Under the pieces are notes generated by a model. It did not search any database. It saw only the letters and a list, made by a program, of their open reading frames with translations, and was not told where the DNA came from. This document shows positions 61,115 to 64,000 of a stretch of DNA of 64,000 nucleotides, piece by piece (position 1 is the stretch's first letter; each line of letters begins with the position of its first letter). The DNA is from an uncultured delta proteobacterium (GTDB lineage Bacteria > Desulfobacterota > Desulfomonilia > UBA1062), in NCBI GenBank assembly GCA_963798485.1, contig CAWCTR010000021.1, positions 128,001-192,000 on the forward strand, read 5' to 3'. The position numbers and the translations under genes are program-made.

Positions 61115-62851
61115 TTACCAGTTAAACAGACCGTCCAGTTCTTCGTCCTTCACCTGGAAGGTGATGTTGTGGGGCCCCACAGGTTCATTGTAGAAGAACC
61201 GCGGCAGCCTGTCCTGCTCCTTGGTGAATCCTGCCTTGGCATTGAAGTCTCGCTCCATCTTGAGCACCTTCTTGCCAAGGGCCGTTACATCGTCGCCGGT
61301 GAGGTTCCAGCCATAGAAGGCGTTCAGGAGGTCGATGAGGGCCTGGAAGGTCTCAGGCTGGTCAAGCACCGCAAAGGCGATGAACAGGCACATGCCCGTG
61401 GAATCGATGGCAGCGGTTGCAATCTGGAGGTTCCGGGACAACTCCACCTGCCCTTCCGGTTTCAGCGGATCGACAAACCCGCCGTTCTTCAGGATGTTGG
61501 TCGCTATTGCATATCCGGCGGTATGGTCTGCGCCCATGGGTGTGGTGGCATATGTCACGCCTATACCCTGGATGGCCCGGGGGTCGTAGGCCGGAAGCGC
61601 CTGGTTCTTCACAACAGGTACCTTTTCCACGCCGAATACCTTTCCTGTTACTGCAGCACCGCTGCCCAGGATCTTGCCCAGCGGTGTGCCTTTGCCCACT
61701 TCCTTGATGAGCTCGATGGCGGCCTTGGCATCGCCGAACTTGGCAATGCCCGCCTGCATGGCGACTCCGATGGTGGCCCCCATCTCTATGGTGTCGAGCC
61801 CGAAGTTATCATCCATGAAGTCCATCTGGGCAATGGAATCCGGGTCATCGATGCCGCAGTTGGCGCCGTGGGCCCAGACCGTCTCATACTCGGGCTGCTT
61901 GGTGACAAAGTGGCCGTCCTTGTCCACAAAGGTGCCGGAACATCGTATCACGCAGCCGCGGTGGCAGGCGTGCGTGGCATTGCCGCCGCGCTTGGTCTCC
62001 ATGTCGGCAAAGGTCTCGCCGCTGATCTTGGAAGCGCCTGCGAACTGGCCGTCTTTGAAATTGTAGGAGGGGTAGCCCCCTGCCTCGTTGATGATGTTGG
62101 TGAGCACATTCGTGCCGTATGCGGGCAATGCCTGGCCGGTTACTGCGTGAGAGGTAAGCCCTGCCACGAACACCTTGTTGGCGGCGCGGAACTTCTCAGG
62201 ATCTTTGGGCTCGCGGTTCTTGAGCCCGGTATCATCCAATACGATGACCTTGACATGCTTGGCCCCCATCACGGCCCCTACCCCGCCTCGGCCTGCATGA
62301 CGCGTGGGACGGAGCTCGACATCGGTGATGGCAACCGAAGAAGCGGCCAGTTTCATCTCGCCTGCCGGGCCTATTGAAATGCAGGTGATCTTGTCTCCGT
62401 AAGCCTGTTTCATCTTTTCCACCAGGTCGTAATTGGGGAGCAGCTTCAGGTTGTTGTCCTTCTCGATCTTCACGCCGTCCTTGTTGATGAAGACCCTGTA
62501 GAGGTCATCACCCTCGGGCTTGCCTTCAAGGATGATGGCTGCATACCCGAGGCGTGCCAGCACTTGCGCGCCCTGCCCTCCCGAATTGGCCTCCTTGATG
62601 CCGCCGGTGAGCGGGCTCTTACACCCCACCGATATGCGGCCGGACATGGACGCAGCCGTTCCGCTGAGCAGGCCGGGCGCAATGACCAGCTTGTTCTCTG
62701 CGCCTAAGGGGTGGCACAGTGGCGGCACTTCCTTTGAAATGACGCTATCGGTCATGGCCCTGCCACCCAATCCGGCATATTCACCGAGGCCTTCAACCTT
62801 GAACTGCGGGCCACCCTTGGCCCCCATGTTGATCCTGAGTATCTTGTCCAT
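61115..62851 (-). CDS. aor: Tungsten-containing aldehyde:ferredoxin oxidoreductase
   Basis: KSPLTGGIKEANSGG, IGPAGE, AGRGGVGAVMG, CHRGCVIRC, PEYET, DNFGLDT, AYDPR and GADH motifs. Confidence 0.95.
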   Translation of the reverse strand: MDKILRINMGAKGGPQFKVEGLGEYAGLGGRAMTDSVISKEVPPLCHPLGAENKLVIAPGLLSGTAASMSGRISVGCKSPLTGGIKEANSGGQGAQVLARLGYAAIILEGKPEGDDLYRVFINKDGVKIEKDNNLKLLPNYDLVEKMKQAYGDKITCISIGPAGEMKLAASSVAITDVELRPTRHAGRGGVGAVMGAKHVKVIVLDDTGLKNREPKDPEKFRAANKVFVAGLTSHAVTGQALPAYGTNVLTNIINEAGGYPSYNFKDGQFAGASKISGETFADMETKRGGNATHACHRGCVIRCSGTFVDKDGHFVTKQPEYETVWAHGANCGIDDPDSIAQMDFMDDNFGLDTIEMGATIGVAMQAGIAKFGDAKAAIELIKEVGKGTPLGKILGSGAAVTGKVFGVEKVPVVKNQALPAYDPRAIQGIGVTYATTPMGADHTAGYAIATNILKNGGFVDPLKPEGQVELSRNLQIATAAIDSTGMCLFIAFAVLDQPETFQALIDLLNAFYGWNLTGDDVTALGKKVLKMERDFNAKAGFTKEQDRLPRFFYNEPVGPHNITFQVKDEELDGLFNW

Positions 62852-62885
62852 GTGACCCTCCTTTGTGCTTCAGCAGACTGATTAA

Positions 62886-62913
62886 ATTATAAGTGTCTGA
62901 GGAGGGGAGTCAA
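62886..62913 (-). promoter_or_regulatory. sigma70-type promoter of aor
   Basis: Minus strand TTGACT-N16-TATAAT, flanked by an ACTGATTAA direct repeat at 62877-62885 and 62931-62939. Confidence 0.65.
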
Positions 62914-63060
62914 TAGGCCGGAAGCGTCTAACTGATTAATTTTATTGTTTATATGTAATTGTAAGCATAATATAATGTTCATACTTTGATCGCCTATGAG
63001 TAAAGATCAGGGCGTCAAATGTACACGTAACCCGGGTAGTCATGTTTTCTTGACTCCCCT
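62903..63060. repeat. 136-bp AT-rich segment bounded by perfect 11-bp inverted repeats
   Basis: AGGGGAGTCAA (62903-62913) and TTGACTCCCCT (63050-63060). Confidence 0.7.
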
Positions 63061-63108
63061 TTATCGTGCCCTGCCCAGGACTGCGAAACAGGGTCGTGAT
63101 GTAGTGCC

Positions 63109-64000
63109 CTACCCCTCCAATGCCGCTTTCAGGTCGGCAATGATGTCACCCGCGTGCTCGATTCCCACCGAGAGCCTGAACAGGGTCTCGGTGATGCCGA
63201 TGCGCATCCGCTCGTCCGCAGACATGGTGGCGTGCGAGGTGACTGCTGGTGAGCAGATGGTCGTTTCCACGCCGCCCAGGCTCACCGCAGGCTTGATGAG
63301 CCTGAGGTTCCTCACGAACCGGCCCGGGTCAAGCTTCTCAGGGTCAATGTCAAAGGAGAGCATGGCCCCGTACCCGGTCATCTGTCTCCGGGCGATATCA
63401 TGGCCGGGAAAGCCCGGCAGGCCCGGGTAGTTCACCCACATTACCTCTTTGCATCCCTCAAGAAACTTGGCGATCTTCTGGGCATTGGCCGACTGCCTCT
63501 CAACCCGTAAGGACAAGGTCTTGAGGCTCCTCTCCAAAAGGTAGCAGTCCTGTGCGTTCAGGCTCCCGCCCAGGTGACGCGCCAGGGCGCGGACAACCTC
63601 CGCCTTCTCCTTCGAGGCAAGCACGGCCCCGCAGCACAGGTCGCTGTGCCCGCCTAGATACTTGGTGCCGCTGTGCACCACAATATCGATTCCGAGCGCA
63701 ATAGGGTTCTGGAGGATGGGCGAGGCAAAGGTGTTGTCGATGATGGTAATGATGCCTTTTGACCTGGCGAACCCCGCTACCTCCCTGATGTCTATGATGA
63801 CTGAGCAAGGGGTTGGTGGGCGATTCGATGACCATCACCCGGGTATCTTTGGTGGCTGCCCGGCACACGGCCTCTGCATCCGTTGCAGCAAAGCAATGGC
63901 TGATGCCCAGGTCTCATGAAGTCGTCCGTGGCAAAGGAGTGGGTCCCTCCGTAGAGCTCGTCCATGAGCACCACGTGGTCGCCCGCCTTCGCGAATGCCA
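63109..64000 (-). pseudogene. Cys/Met metabolism PLP-dependent enzyme (cystathionine gamma-synthase/lyase family); 5' end outside the window, two frameshifts
   Basis: DELYGGT, IESPTNP, IDNTFASP, HSGTKYLGGHSD, AVSLGGVE and RLSVGIE lie in three frames; single extra bases near 63910 and at 63799. Confidence 0.88.

Noticed and set aside
61169-62377. 402-aa plus-strand ORF
   Set aside because: Antisense to the GC3-rich aor gene; the open frame is a codon-bias artefact.
62852-63108. Moco/Tuco riboswitch upstream of aor
   Set aside because: The predicted leader from the sigma70 promoter is only about 30 nt and shows no matching motif.

Overview
Chromosomal window from an anaerobic Desulfobacterota-like (deltaproteobacterial) bacterium; the taxonomy is inferred from gene content and order. 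Most of it is housekeeping: selA, rluD, dciA, tRNA-Leu(CAG), ribF, rapZ with a truncated mannose-type PTS, a rimI-pyrK fusion, pyrD, comEC, ligA, rpsF-rpsR-yybS-rplI-dnaB, rlmD, nadK, recN, secA, argJ, and aor-moaD-thiF. The window appears to span the replication terminus: a dif site sits at 52273-52300, and KOPS-like octamers and gene orientation both switch strand across it. The most interesting signal is a set of five sigma28 (FliA/WhiG)-type promoters with the same 16-nt spacing. They precede (i) a chemosensory operon that carries two STAS proteins and ends in a single pseudo-receiver/RsbW-kinase/PAS/PP2C protein, (ii) the minor-pilin operon, (iii) pilY1, and (iv, v) a divergent hemerythrin versus ferritin-like + HD-GYP pair. 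This suggests a sigma28 regulon built around type IV pili, c-di-GMP and partner switching. Other oddities include an Hfq lacking its distal-face residues upstream of pilY1, a convergent pil locus with IS scars, an RpoH-like sigma factor lacking the RpoH box and region 3, a segment flanked by inverted repeats upstream of aor, and three single-base frameshifts in the last 3 kb that may be assembly errors. All calls were made by eye from motifs; no database searches were run.
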